Below are positions 8,383 through 17,592 of a stretch of 64,000 nt of DNA, piece after piece; position 1 is the first letter of the stretch, and every line of letters begins with the position of its first letter. Position numbers and translations under genes: made by a program. Origin of the DNA: Thermoproteota archaeon (GTDB lineage: Archaea; Thermoproteota; Nitrososphaeria_A; Caldarchaeales; Calditenuaceae); contig JAUQPZ010000004.1 of NCBI GenBank assembly GCA_030550155.1, forward strand, positions 1,298-65,297, in the 5' to 3' direction. Under the pieces are notes generated by a model. The model ran no database searches, was not told the DNA's origin, and saw only the letters and a list, made by a program, of their open reading frames with translations.

Positions 8383-8715
8383 ATGGAGGGGGCTTTGACG
8401 AGGCGTCTCAAGGTGGAGGAGGCTAAGAGGATGGTGGCTAGGATTAGGCCGTGGAGGCTTGCGGGCAGATACATCTACAGAAGCGTGAAGACGCGGGACT
8501 TCGCCGAGGCCCTGAAGCTGCTGAACAGGATTGCGAGGGTGGCTGAGGAGGCGAACCATCACCCGGACGTTGAGCTCGGATACGGATACCTGAGGCTGAG
8601 GCTCACGACGCATGACGCCGGCGGCCTCACGGTCCGCGACTTCAGCCTTGCGGAGAGAGTCGAGAGAGTGATCAGCCTCTGGAGCCGGGGCCTCCGCGGT
8701 CGGCGACGAGTCTGA
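8383..8715 (+). CDS. Pterin-4a-carbinolamine dehydratase (PCD/DCoH)
   Basis: ~110 aa with the EEANHHPD motif (E-x-x-H-H-P-D) characteristic of PCD. Confidence 0.7.
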   Translation: MEGALTRRLKVEEAKRMVARIRPWRLAGRYIYRSVKTRDFAEALKLLNRIARVAEEANHHPDVELGYGYLRLRLTTHDAGGLTVRDFSLAERVERVISLWSRGLRGRRRV

Positions 8716-9739
8716 GAGCCTCCACGACGAGCCTACAAGCCGCCTCCAAGTCCCTCAGATCTAGGACTAGGTGGGGTGAGTGGAGATACCTGCACGGAAC
8801 ACCCACAACGCCCGTAGCCACTCCGCGGCCGTGGAGATGTATTCTGCCGGCGTCCGTGGCGCTGCCCATAACTATCTGGGGCTGATAGCTTAGGCCGGCC
8901 CTCTCAGCGGCCTCGACCAGCAGCCTATACATGCCCCTATTAGTTATCATGGAGGAGTCGATGATCCTTATCGCGGGGCCGCGCCCCAGCCGCGTAATCC
9001 TGCCCTGCTCCGGGACCCCCGGAGTGTCTGCGGCGACTGTCCCCTCGAGAACTATGGCGTATTGAGGGTTGACGCTGTTAACCGCGGTGGCCGCTCCCCT
9101 CAACCCAACCTCTTCCTGAACCGTGAAGACCGTGTGGAGCTCTACGCCCAGCCCCTCCTCAGCCGCGGCCCTAGCGGCTAAGGCCTCGACTACGCAGCCC
9201 GCCCTATCATCAAACGCCTTGCCCACTACTCTCGAGCCGAGGAGCCTGGCGAAGTGGGCGGGGAAGGTTGCGAAGCAGCCGACCTTGACTCCGGCGGCCT
9301 CGGCCTCCTCCCTGCTCGAGGCGCCTATGTCTATGTAGAGCTCCCTCAGCTCGGGCACACGCTTCGCCTCCTCCTGCGTGGTGACGTGCGGTGGCTTGAC
9401 GCCTATACAGCCCTCCAAGAGCCCCTTCTCCGAGTGGACCACGACTCTCTGCCCCACGAGGACGCGGGGGTCAAGGCCGCCCAGCGGCACAAAGCTGAGA
9501 AACCCCTCCTCATCGACCCAGCTCACCATCATTGCCACCTCATCCATGTGGGCTGCGAGCATCACCCTCGGCCCGCCGCCTCCAACCCTCACCATCAGGT
9601 TCCCCATCACATCCCTCTCAAAAGAGTCCGCGGAGTCGTTCAAGAAAGCCACGACCTCTCTGGCGACCGATTCCTCCCCACCCGGCGGGGCATAGCACGT
9701 GCTCAGCCTCTCCAGCAGCTTTAGGGCACCATCAATCAC
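8672..9739 (-). CDS. M42-family aminopeptidase / FrvX (TET peptidase)
   Basis: The N-terminal LLERLSTCYAPPGGEESVAREVVAFL, then HMDEVAMMVSWVDEEGFLSFVPLGG, and the 355-aa length are typical of M42. Confidence 0.75.
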   Translation of the reverse strand: MIDGALKLLERLSTCYAPPGGEESVAREVVAFLNDSADSFERDVMGNLMVRVGGGGPRVMLAAHMDEVAMMVSWVDEEGFLSFVPLGGLDPRVLVGQRVVVHSEKGLLEGCIGVKPPHVTTQEEAKRVPELRELYIDIGASSREEAEAAGVKVGCFATFPAHFARLLGSRVVGKAFDDRAGCVVEALAARAAAEEGLGVELHTVFTVQEEVGLRGAATAVNSVNPQYAIVLEGTVAADTPGVPEQGRITRLGRGPAIRIIDSSMITNRGMYRLLVEAAERAGLSYQPQIVMGSATDAGRIHLHGRGVATGVVGVPCRYLHSPHLVLDLRDLEAACRLVVEALRLVADRGGPGSRG

Positions 9740-9814
9740 GGAGGCCAGAAAGTCTTCTTCACCTAAAAATCATTACAGTCCTACACCCCCCGCCTCGACG
9801 GATTTATCTTATCC

Positions 9815-10618
9815 ATGGATAGTCTCCAAAGCGGGTGGAGCCGCGGAGTGGGCGGGCTGCTGGTGCTTAAGCTTGGCGGGTCGCTGGTCACGGAGAAGAG
9901 GGGTGGAGGGGTTGTGAGGGAGGACGCTGTTAGGCGTATCGGCGCTGCGCTGGCGGGCGTTGAGGGCAGGCCGCTCATACTGGTCCACGGCGGGGGTGGC
10001 CGGGTCCACGAGGTCGCGGCTGAGTATCAGGTGGCTCTGGGCGCGGCCTCGCCGCGAGGCTTAGAGGGCTTCGTAAAAACATCCATCGAGACGAGGAGGC
10101 TGAACCTCCAAGTGACCCAGATACTCGCAGATGCGGGGCTTAGATGCGTGGGCCTCCCCTCAAACGCGATATTCCTGACGCGGAGGGGGAGAATAGTTTC
10201 AGCGGCCCTCGACCCAATACTGGCAGCCCTCGACCAAGGCTTCATACCAGTCCTCAACGGAGACGTCGTCTTCGACAGGGAGCTGGGATTCACCGTCCTC
10301 TCGGGAGACACGATAGCCGTGGACCTCTCCATCAGGCTTGACGCCGAGAGGCTTGTCTTCGCGGTGGATGTGGACGGCGTCTTTGATCAGTTGGGCGAGG
10401 GGGCGAGGCTGATACGCGAGCTTACCAGGAGGACCCTGGCCTCGATAAGGTTCGGCGACGTCGGAGACGTTACCGGCGGGATGGCCTCTAAGGTGGAGGA
10501 GGCTCTGAGGGCCGCGGAGGCCGGTGTCGAGGTAAGGGTTGTGAACGGGCTCTTCCCCTCAAGGGTTGTGGACGCGCTGCTGGGCAGGGAGACGATAGGG
10601 ACCAGGATTCTAGGCTAG
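9815..10618 (+). CDS. Isopentenyl phosphate kinase (amino-acid-kinase fold)
   Basis: LVLKLGGSLVTEK glycine-rich N-terminal motif and a ~260-aa AAK-fold protein, consistent with the archaeal mevalonate-pathway IPK. Confidence 0.65.
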   Translation: MDSLQSGWSRGVGGLLVLKLGGSLVTEKRGGGVVREDAVRRIGAALAGVEGRPLILVHGGGGRVHEVAAEYQVALGAASPRGLEGFVKTSIETRRLNLQVTQILADAGLRCVGLPSNAIFLTRRGRIVSAALDPILAALDQGFIPVLNGDVVFDRELGFTVLSGDTIAVDLSIRLDAERLVFAVDVDGVFDQLGEGARLIRELTRRTLASIRFGDVGDVTGGMASKVEEALRAAEAGVEVRVVNGLFPSRVVDALLGRETIGTRILG

Positions 10619-11626
10619 TTTTACCGGTGCGCCCTTCTCGGCAGACCTGTAGCACGCCTCCTTAAACATCGCAACCCTCAACCCATCAACGGGGCCTGCA
10701 GCGGGCTTCTCCTCCCCGACTATGGCGCGGACAAAATTCGCCAGAGGGCTCGAATGCTTCGGCAGCTCCTTCCAAGGAGCGCTGAGCCTCTTAGCCTCCC
10801 TGTCCATGACCCAGACACGCCTAGACCCTAACTCATCCAGATAGGAGACAAGCCCGCCCGGGCAGTATATTCTGAGCCTCTCAGACCATATCGGCGCATC
10901 GCCCATAAGAGAGACGCTCGCGACGCAGCCCCTGAACCTCGCGCTTATCGAGGCCATCAGCTCCGCACCCCAACCCTCCTTAGAGGAGAGAGTAGCGAAG
11001 ACCTCGAGTGGCAACCCACCCGCATACCAGAGCACCATATCCACGATATGGCTTCCAGAGTCCATTAGGAATCCGCCACCCGCGAGCCGAGGATCAGCCC
11101 TCCAAGTTCCCTTAGAGAGGCCTGCCCAGTCCTGTGAAAGCTGATGCTCGATATAGAGCGGCTCCCCCAAGCCGTCGCCGCTCACAAGCTGCTTAATGTG
11201 CGTGAAGTATCCGTCCGTCCTCCTCTGATATGCAAGAGCCACTACGAGGCCCGTAGACTCGGCTGCGCTCAGGATCTCGCGCGCCTCGTTGACGCCCGTG
11301 ACCATCGGCTTCTCAACCAGGACGTGGACTCCTCTCTTCAAGGCTTCGAGCACCTGCTCCTTGTGATATATGTGCGGCGTCAAGACCAGGACTCCGTCGA
11401 GCTGCTCTTTCTCGAACATCTCGACATAGTCGGAGTATTCTCTGGCGTCTCTGAGCTGCGGCGCGGCCCTCTTCAGGCTCGTTATCGATTCCTTCTTCAC
11501 GTCGCTGAGAGCCACGACCTCGGCGCCCAAGTCCTCTGTGAGTGCCCGCGCGTGGAACTGCGCTATCATTCCGCAGCCTATGAAGCCCAGCTTAACCCTG
11601 CCTGCCATCACACCCTTCCCTGACAC
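10610..11626 (-). CDS. Gfo/Idh/MocA-family NAD(P)-dependent oxidoreductase
   Basis: Rossmann motif LGFIGCGMIAQFHA at the N-terminus and EKPM motif (HVLVEKPM) in a 338-aa protein. Confidence 0.75.
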   Translation of the reverse strand: MSGKGVMAGRVKLGFIGCGMIAQFHARALTEDLGAEVVALSDVKKESITSLKRAAPQLRDAREYSDYVEMFEKEQLDGVLVLTPHIYHKEQVLEALKRGVHVLVEKPMVTGVNEAREILSAAESTGLVVALAYQRRTDGYFTHIKQLVSGDGLGEPLYIEHQLSQDWAGLSKGTWRADPRLAGGGFLMDSGSHIVDMVLWYAGGLPLEVFATLSSKEGWGAELMASISARFRGCVASVSLMGDAPIWSERLRIYCPGGLVSYLDELGSRRVWVMDREAKRLSAPWKELPKHSSPLANFVRAIVGEEKPAAGPVDGLRVAMFKEACYRSAEKGAPVKLA

Positions 11627-11745
11627 TTGTCACAAACTCTTCTACCCTTAACCATCACGAGCTTTTCAGTCTTCCGGCCGCAGACCTGACACCTAGGCAT
11701 ACCCCCAGCCACCCTCAGACATTAACTAAACACCAGCTCCCGCGC

Positions 11746-12594
11746 TTAACCTTTTTCTCCATCCCACCGCGCTGCTAGAGCGAGAGAGCGGACCTGGCCT
11801 GCGGAGGCCTCTGCAGGAAACCCGACGAGGAGCTGAACACCGCTGGAGCCCAGCCTCCTTATTCTCTCAGCCAGCTCCGGGACATCTCCCACAAGCGAGA
11901 CGCGAAGAGCGGATGTGAGGCCGATATGGCCGCCCTCAATCGCCATCAGCCGCCGCCTCCTCCGGGCATAGGATATCAAGACCCTCGAAGCCTCTTCCGG
12001 GACGCCGACGCCGATGTAGAAGGGCGCGTAGACGGCGACTCCTCCACCTGAGACGGAGGAGAATCCGCAGGCCTCGTCCTCAACCCCCACGTCTAGAAGC
12101 AGGAAGGGGGTGCACCCTACCTCGCGGCAAATCCTCCTAGAGACCGCCTCAACGTTCTCGGTGCCGAGGAGCAGAGGCCTGTCTCCAAGAACCCTCTTAG
12201 CCTCACGGCAGGCAAATCTGAGGAGGCTTCCAGGCCTCCTGGACGCCTCTTCGCTACTGAGGTAGGCTGGGTTCCCGGCCACCAAGCAGAGCCCCGCTGC
12301 CTCAAGCCCTTGCAGCTCCTCGAGATACTCTTGGAAGAGATTCTCAAAGTCGTTTCTCCTCACCGGGACAGTTGGGACAACAAGCGGGCCGCCGATGCTC
12401 TCAGAGCGCCTCACAGCCTCAGCGACGTCTGAAGGCCTCAGATCGTCCAAGCTCCTCTCAGAGTCCACAACCAAGCAGTCGACGCCCACACCATAAGCTA
12501 GGTCGATGAACCTTAACAGAGACTCTCTCTTCTCGTCGATGCTAGAGCCAAGTCTGCTGGGCTTCAGAGCTATGCCCAGCTGGAACTCGACCAC
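11746..12594 (-). CDS. TIM-barrel protein, possibly luciferase-like/F420-dependent oxidoreductase family
   Basis: 282-aa protein whose N-terminus MVEFQLGIALKP resembles LLM-family starts (MKFGI.LP). No decisive motif was seen. Confidence 0.3.
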   Translation of the reverse strand: MVEFQLGIALKPSRLGSSIDEKRESLLRFIDLAYGVGVDCLVVDSERSLDDLRPSDVAEAVRRSESIGGPLVVPTVPVRRNDFENLFQEYLEELQGLEAAGLCLVAGNPAYLSSEEASRRPGSLLRFACREAKRVLGDRPLLLGTENVEAVSRRICREVGCTPFLLLDVGVEDEACGFSSVSGGGVAVYAPFYIGVGVPEEASRVLISYARRRRRLMAIEGGHIGLTSALRVSLVGDVPELAERIRRLGSSGVQLLVGFPAEASAGQVRSLALAARWDGEKG

Positions 12595-12644
12595 CCATGG
12601 CTCGTAGAAAACAACCCACTCTAGGCTTTAAGGATTTACGATCC

Positions 12645-13028
12645 TCAGCCCCTGTAAGCTACGGCGTCTATCTCGATTAGAAACGCCTCGTTCACCATCT
12701 TGGCGGCTATCGTCGTCCTGGCGGGCGGCTCTTCGGGGAAAAACTCCCTGTAGACCTCGTTCATGGCCGCGAAGTCCTCGACCCTCGCAAGGTAGACGTT
12801 AACCTTGACGACGTCCTTGAGGCTGGCGCCCGCTGCGGAGAGAATCGCTCTCAGGTTCTCCAGAACAACCCTAGTCTGAGCTTTAATGTCGCCTCCCACC
12901 ACCTTCCCCGTCGCCGGGTCTATGGACACCTGGCCTGAGACAAACACCCAGCCACCCGCCTTCACGGCCTGCGAGTATGGAAATGCGGGCTTAGGAGCCT
13001 TCTCCGTAAAGACTACCTCGCGCACCAT
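12645..13028 (-). CDS. ridA: RidA/YjgF-family reactive-intermediate deaminase
   Basis: 127 aa, with PKPAFPYSQAVKAGGWVFVSGQ and a C-terminal AAKMVNEAFLIEIDAVA typical of YjgF/RidA. Confidence 0.8.
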   Translation of the reverse strand: MVREVVFTEKAPKPAFPYSQAVKAGGWVFVSGQVSIDPATGKVVGGDIKAQTRVVLENLRAILSAAGASLKDVVKVNVYLARVEDFAAMNEVYREFFPEEPPARTTIAAKMVNEAFLIEIDAVAYRG

Positions 13029-13084
13029 CTCTCCTCGACAGCCCTCCCTAGACCTCCGCGGATAATAAATCTGCCGCCACCTGC

Positions 13085-14440
13085 TCAGCTCTTGACCAGC
13101 CTGCTAACCAGCTCCGCAACCAAGGGGGCTAGGCCCAGATACTTCTCGGCGGCCTCAGGAATAATCTCGGAGGCGCTGAGCCCCCGCCCCTCCAGCAGAC
13201 GCCTAAGCCTCTCAAGATAGCTGGTGTCCCCCGTGCCCAGAGCCCTGATCTCTTCCAGAAGATCCACGCCCCTCAACCTAGCCCTTATCTGGACTGCCTC
13301 TGAGAGGGCCTCTGGGTGCCGCTCTAGGTCCCTTCTAACCTCCTCCCTATCAATCTCCATGCGTCTAAGAAATGCTCTGAGGTTTCTCACACCTATCAGG
13401 AGATGGGCGAGCGCTACTCCGTAGTTTCTCCTTATCGTGGAGTCGGACAGGTCCCTCTGTAGTCTTGAGAGGAGTAGCCGCGAGGCGAGGAAGGAGAGCA
13501 TATTCGAGGCGACCTCTAGGTTGCCCTCAGCGTTCTCGAGCTCGACTGGGTTGCTCTTCTGGGGCATGGTAGATGAGCCTACTCCGTGTGGGCGCGGATA
13601 GATTAGGCCGAGCATGGAGAGGAGCCAGAGGTCTCTGCAGAGGTCTACGAGGATGTTCGAGGATAGGGCAAGCTCGTAAAGGAGGCGGGAGACGTCGTCG
13701 TGCGGGACAGTCTGCTTGGTCGCGAGCCAGTGCACTAATCCCAGAGACTTGACAAACCTCTCCGAGACCTCGAGGGCCTCTTCCCCGAAAACCTCAACCA
13801 GCCCAGCATAGGTCCCGACTGCGCCCGAGACCTTGCCCGGAAGACGCGCCTCGCCGACTCTCCTCAAACTGTTCAGGAGCCTGTATGCGTGGACCGCTAG
13901 CTCCTTCCCAAGCGTGGTGGGCACGGCGGGCCGGCCGTGAGTCCTCGCAAGCATCGCAGTCCACCTCTCCCTGTAGGCGTGGGCGGCCAGCTCCTTGAGG
14001 AGCAACTCCATCTCGGGGGCTATGACCTGTGTGATGGAGTCTCTGAGGGCTAGGGAGTGGGCTAGGTTGTTTACGTCCTCCGAGGTGAGGCCTATGTGGA
14101 CTAGGCGGGCGGCCTCGGCGAAGCCTCTCTCCTCAAGCCTCTTCTTCAGAAACCTGACCACGGCCTCGACGTCGTGCCTCGTCTCCGCCTCGATTTTCTT
14201 CACCTCCTCAACCACCGAGGAGCTGGCCTCCGAGACAGCCTCGTCAAGCACAGCTGAGGCCTTTTCGACGAGTTGCGGCGCAACCCTACCTAGGACAAGC
14301 CTAAGATACTCTGCCTCAACCCTTAGACGATACCTTATCAGGGCGTCCTCGGAGAAGTAGAGTGAGAGCTCGCGTGTCATCTCTCTGTATCGGCAATCAA
14401 TAGGCGAGACCGCGCCTCCAGCCGACGACCATTCACTCAC
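13085..14440 (-). CDS. purB: Adenylosuccinate lyase
   Basis: Fumarate-lyase signature region GSSTMPQKSNP. N-terminal SPIDCRYRE matches PurB starts. The ORF-track start at 14545 adds a non-homologous extension that contains a C12 homopolymer, so a GTG start near 14440 is inferred. Confidence 0.75.
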   Translation of the reverse strand: MSEWSSAGGAVSPIDCRYREMTRELSLYFSEDALIRYRLRVEAEYLRLVLGRVAPQLVEKASAVLDEAVSEASSSVVEEVKKIEAETRHDVEAVVRFLKKRLEERGFAEAARLVHIGLTSEDVNNLAHSLALRDSITQVIAPEMELLLKELAAHAYRERWTAMLARTHGRPAVPTTLGKELAVHAYRLLNSLRRVGEARLPGKVSGAVGTYAGLVEVFGEEALEVSERFVKSLGLVHWLATKQTVPHDDVSRLLYELALSSNILVDLCRDLWLLSMLGLIYPRPHGVGSSTMPQKSNPVELENAEGNLEVASNMLSFLASRLLLSRLQRDLSDSTIRRNYGVALAHLLIGVRNLRAFLRRMEIDREEVRRDLERHPEALSEAVQIRARLRGVDLLEEIRALGTGDTSYLERLRRLLEGRGLSASEIIPEAAEKYLGLAPLVAELVSRLVKS

Positions 14441-14550
14441 CGAGACCTTGACCCTTCGCGAAGACTTAACCTCTTCCCCCCCCCCCCGCCTCGTGAAAAC
14501 GACCCATAGCGCGGAGTAGAGTAGATTAGAGAGGCAGAACAGCATGATTT

Positions 14551-15120
14551 GTGCTAACCCCGCTCGAGAGGGGCCTTCTCGCCGGAGAGCTGGGAGGCCA
14601 GAGCAGGTGGAGGGATAGCGTCCTCCTCGTCGAGGACTGGGCGAAGGGCTTTTTCAGGCTCGTCCTGCTTGAGGGGCTGGAGGACGGCGCGCCCAATCAC
14701 TCACTCGTCTGCTATCAGGGCAGGTTCCCGGTGAGAGCAGGCGCCTTGGGCGGGGCAATAGTTAGAGGCGGACCCGACCCCCGTGCCCTGAGCCAGCTGT
14801 TGTTCGAGGTAAATAGGGCGCTAGCAGACAACGGCGCGCTAGTGCTCTCCACCCCGCTGGAGAATGTGGGCAACATCCTCGTCAAGCATGGCTTCGCCAT
14901 AGTCTCAGAGCACCGGTCGCCGAGGGACGACGAGCCCTCTGTAACACTCTCGAGAAAGGCTTGGAGAAAATATCTGAGCGAGTCCTGCCCCCGATGCGGC
15001 AGCACACTCATACTCCCCTTGATCCCGCCCGACGCAAATGTCAGGAAGATCTGGACCGTCTACTGCTCCTCATGCTCCTATAACTGGAGTGTCGAGGAGC
15101 CGATAACCGAGTGGATTTAG
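14551..15120 (+). CDS. Hypothetical protein with C-terminal zinc ribbon
   Basis: CPRCGSTLILPLIPPDANVRKIWTVYCSSCSY is a four-Cys ribbon. The 3' end overlaps the convergent DUF429 gene by ~80 nt. Confidence 0.35.
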   Translation: MLTPLERGLLAGELGGQSRWRDSVLLVEDWAKGFFRLVLLEGLEDGAPNHSLVCYQGRFPVRAGALGGAIVRGGPDPRALSQLLFEVNRALADNGALVLSTPLENVGNILVKHGFAIVSEHRSPRDDEPSVTLSRKAWRKYLSESCPRCGSTLILPLIPPDANVRKIWTVYCSSCSYNWSVEEPITEWI

Positions 15121-15691
15121 CTGGGAGGTAGAGGAGGCCCTCCGAGCGGTCTCCAAGCACAACGCACATTCCCCTCACATATAGAAGCGCAACGTACGCG
15201 CAGGTCGCTGCGTCAACCATGTCTAGCGTGGGCTTCTCAGGCAGTCTCAGACCCAGCCTCTTTCTCAACCGCTCCGCAAGCGAGGCCGCGCTCCTCCGCC
15301 CCCCACGCCAAACCCCCAGCATCCTCTGAGCGCCGCTCGGAAAAGTCTCAATAACCTCGAAGCCAAGGGCCCTAAGCCGCGAAGCAATACCCATACCTCT
15401 CTCGGTCAAAAGCCTCATCGCTCCGAAAGAGACGGGAAAGAGTCTGATACCCATTCCTCTAGCCTCTCTCTCACAGAGCCTGACCCCAGGGCCGGCGACT
15501 CCTGACGGATACGATAGGGGTGCGTCGACCGCCACGCAGGCCGGTGAATACTTGACTGCCAGCTCCACCACCTCATCGTCGAGTCTGGCTTCATGGAATG
15601 TTAGGCGGAAGCCCTTTGTGAGCAGGCATACCGAGGAGGGCCGCTGGGAGGAGGCTGTCAGGTCTATGCCCATGAATCTCTCGCCGGACAC
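15041..15691 (-). CDS. DUF429-family protein (predicted RNase H-like fold)
   Basis: N-terminal GIDL (FMGIDLTASS) and VAVDAPLSYP motifs are typical of DUF429. Confidence 0.55.
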   Translation of the reverse strand: MSGERFMGIDLTASSQRPSSVCLLTKGFRLTFHEARLDDEVVELAVKYSPACVAVDAPLSYPSGVAGPGVRLCEREARGMGIRLFPVSFGAMRLLTERGMGIASRLRALGFEVIETFPSGAQRMLGVWRGGRRSAASLAERLRKRLGLRLPEKPTLDMVDAATCAYVALLYVRGMCVVLGDRSEGLLYLPAKSTRLSAPRHSSYRSMRSSRRSRSS

Positions 15692-15767
15692 GCCTACAAA
15701 TATGCAGGGTTAATGGAGGTTGTTAAGGGTCTATGCAGAAGGGCTGGACGGCCTCCCCGGGCACGGG

Positions 15768-16568
15768 CTATATCCGCTTCAGGGTTCTCTCAAGCCAGTC
15801 GGCGGTGGAGGTTATCGCCTTCCACTCCGTATCCAGGCCTGTAAAAGTGTGGTCCCCGCCCTCTATCACCACTCTCTCCCGGGGCTCTCCTGCGGATTTG
15901 TATATGGCCTCCGAATGCGTCAAGGGGACAATGTCGTCTTTGGCTCCGTGCACCACTAGAAGCGGCCTCGGAGAAATCTTAGAGACGCACTCCACGATAT
16001 TGTATGACAAGACATCCTGTATGAATCGGCTCGTTACCCTGTATCCTGACGGGAGATCGACGTATTCTCCGGACACTAAGGCCTCCCTGTATAGTGTCTT
16101 CACATGCTCCGCCAGCATCAGAAAGTCTGCGGGTGCGCTCCATGTGCAGACGAACCTTATCCTGGGATCGCGCGAGGCCCTAATCAGAGAGACAGCACCA
16201 CCCATGCTGAGGCCTAAGACGCCAATCTTACCTCCATCAACTTCAGGCCTACCAGAGACATAGTCCAGCACGCTGCCAAGGTCCTCAACCTCGCTAGTCA
16301 GAGTCATCTCGTGGAACTCGCCCTCGCTCTCACCCGACCCCCAAAAGTCGAAGCGCACAACCAAGAGACCTCTCCTACAAAACTCCCTCGCAGCCCTGAC
16401 GAAGAGGCGGTGAGCCTCCACCCTATTCCCGGTAAACCCGTGACACATTATGAGGGCGGGCGCGGGGGTTTTTTGAGGGATGTGAACCATGCTGGCAAGC
16501 TTTCCACGCGGCCCTCTAACCCAGACAAATTCCTCGTTCACAGGCCTGAGCAGCGCTCCTTGATACAA
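15768..16568 (-). CDS. Alpha/beta-hydrolase fold protein
   Basis: CHGFTGN oxyanion region, nucleophile elbow GLSMGG and a C-terminal His (GGDHTF) in a 266-aa protein. Confidence 0.7.
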   Translation of the reverse strand: MYQGALLRPVNEEFVWVRGPRGKLASMVHIPQKTPAPALIMCHGFTGNRVEAHRLFVRAAREFCRRGLLVVRFDFWGSGESEGEFHEMTLTSEVEDLGSVLDYVSGRPEVDGGKIGVLGLSMGGAVSLIRASRDPRIRFVCTWSAPADFLMLAEHVKTLYREALVSGEYVDLPSGYRVTSRFIQDVLSYNIVECVSKISPRPLLVVHGAKDDIVPLTHSEAIYKSAGEPRERVVIEGGDHTFTGLDTEWKAITSTADWLERTLKRI

Positions 16569-16607
16569 AAAGTTTACACCCTATGGCTCGGTTAATGCGA
16601 GACGGTG

Positions 16608-16683
16608 TGGGGCCGGTGGGATTTGAACCCACGACCTCCTGGGCCCAAGCCAGGCATCTTGGACCATGCTCGACCACGGCCCC
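16608..16683 (-). tRNA. tRNA-Pro (anticodon TGG)
   Basis: Manual cloverleaf. Acceptor GGGGCCG/CGGCCCC, anticodon stem CCTGG/CCAGG with loop CTTGGGC, T-arm GTGGG-TTCAAAT-CCCAC, discriminator A. 76 nt. Confidence 0.85.
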
Positions 16684-16738
16684 TAAAGCCGCTACAGATG
16701 TTGCAAAAAATAAATCTAGCCATCTGGGTGGAGTCTCC

Positions 16739-16966
16739 TTAAACCACTATCGCGGTCTCGGTGCTCTCAACTCCCTCTATGGTGTGTATCTTGGACAGGA
16801 TGGTCTCGGCCAGGCTCTTCAGGTCAGCCGCCTCGATAAGAACGATCACATCGTACCTACCAGTCACCATGCACGCCATTTTGCAGCCGGCTAGCTTGCC
16901 GACACCCTCAGCCACACTCGAGGCCTTCCCAGCCCTCGCCCGAATCAAGACAAACGCCTGAACCAC
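16739..16966 (-). CDS. Stand-alone Lrp/AsnC C-terminal (RAM) domain protein, 75 aa
   Basis: VTGRYDVIVLIEAADLKSL fits the RAM-domain beta-alpha-beta-beta-alpha-beta pattern. It is a paralogue of the 22270..22548 protein. Confidence 0.55.
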   Translation of the reverse strand: MVQAFVLIRARAGKASSVAEGVGKLAGCKMACMVTGRYDVIVLIEAADLKSLAETILSKIHTIEGVESTETAIVV

Positions 16967-17592
16967 GGGATATCAAGCACAACCAGCCGATATAACGTTT
17001 TTCTTAACTTCACAGGGAGCCCCAACCGATGTGAAGAGTGGAGGCGAGTCGGGTGAAGCTGTGAAGAGTGAAATAATACCCTGAACATGCCTGGGCACCT
17101 CCCCTCAATACGCCAAGTATGAGCCATACATGTGGAGAAACAATACTCTGACGTTTTCTCGGTATTGCTGGTTGTTGCAGAAAAAGAATAGATTCCCAGG
17201 GATTTTCCCCTGACCCCGGCCCCGCTGCCCAAACCCCCCATACATAGGTGAAGGCTGTGGTGAAAGGTGGCTTCACGGTTTCCACAGGCTCCACTGGAAG
17301 CTAAGGGGTTCAATGAAGAATAGGGTGGCTTCACAGTGAAAAGGGTGGATAACGGGTTTCTAGGACTCTGAAGACGTTTAAGAGTCTTCAGGCCAACGAA
17401 TGAACATGGATTCTTGACGAGGACTGTATAGGGAATTCGTAAATTCCTCCCCCACCCCAGCTTTTCGGATGGAAATTAACTAAAATCAACACAAACGGAG
17501 GCTGAAAATAAATAATAAAATAAATAGTTGATAATAAGGTATGATCTTTTCTACAAGCCATCGTTAATTCCTCTCTAAGGGCTACAGTTATT
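16967..17592. other. Probable origin of replication (oriC) upstream of orc1/cdc6
   Basis: 626-bp non-coding region adjacent to Orc1/Cdc6. It holds an ORB-like inverted pair GGTTTCCACAGG/CTCCACTGGAAG at 17277..17300 and related GGTGGCTTCAC repeats at 17267 and 17324. Direct repeats GTGAAGAGTG lie at 17031 and 17061. An 8-bp hairpin CTGAAGAC...GTCTTCAG spans 17368..17391. An AT-rich stretch at 17455..17560 is a candidate unwinding element. Confidence 0.6.

Noticed and set aside
8339-8613. N-terminal 91 codons of the 261-aa ORF 7828..8613
   Set aside because: This part is antisense to the pterin-4a-carbinolamine dehydratase gene (EANHHPD motif). Only the C-terminal ~170 aa has PUA-family features, so the CDS was trimmed to a GTG at 8338.
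14441-14545. N-terminal 35-codon extension of the adenylosuccinate lyase ORF
   Set aside because: It is not homologous to PurB N-termini and it contains the C12 homopolymer. An in-frame GTG sits just before the conserved SPIDCRY start region.
16583-16894. 103-aa plus-strand ORF
   Set aside because: It overlaps tRNA-Pro on the opposite strand and its translation has no features.
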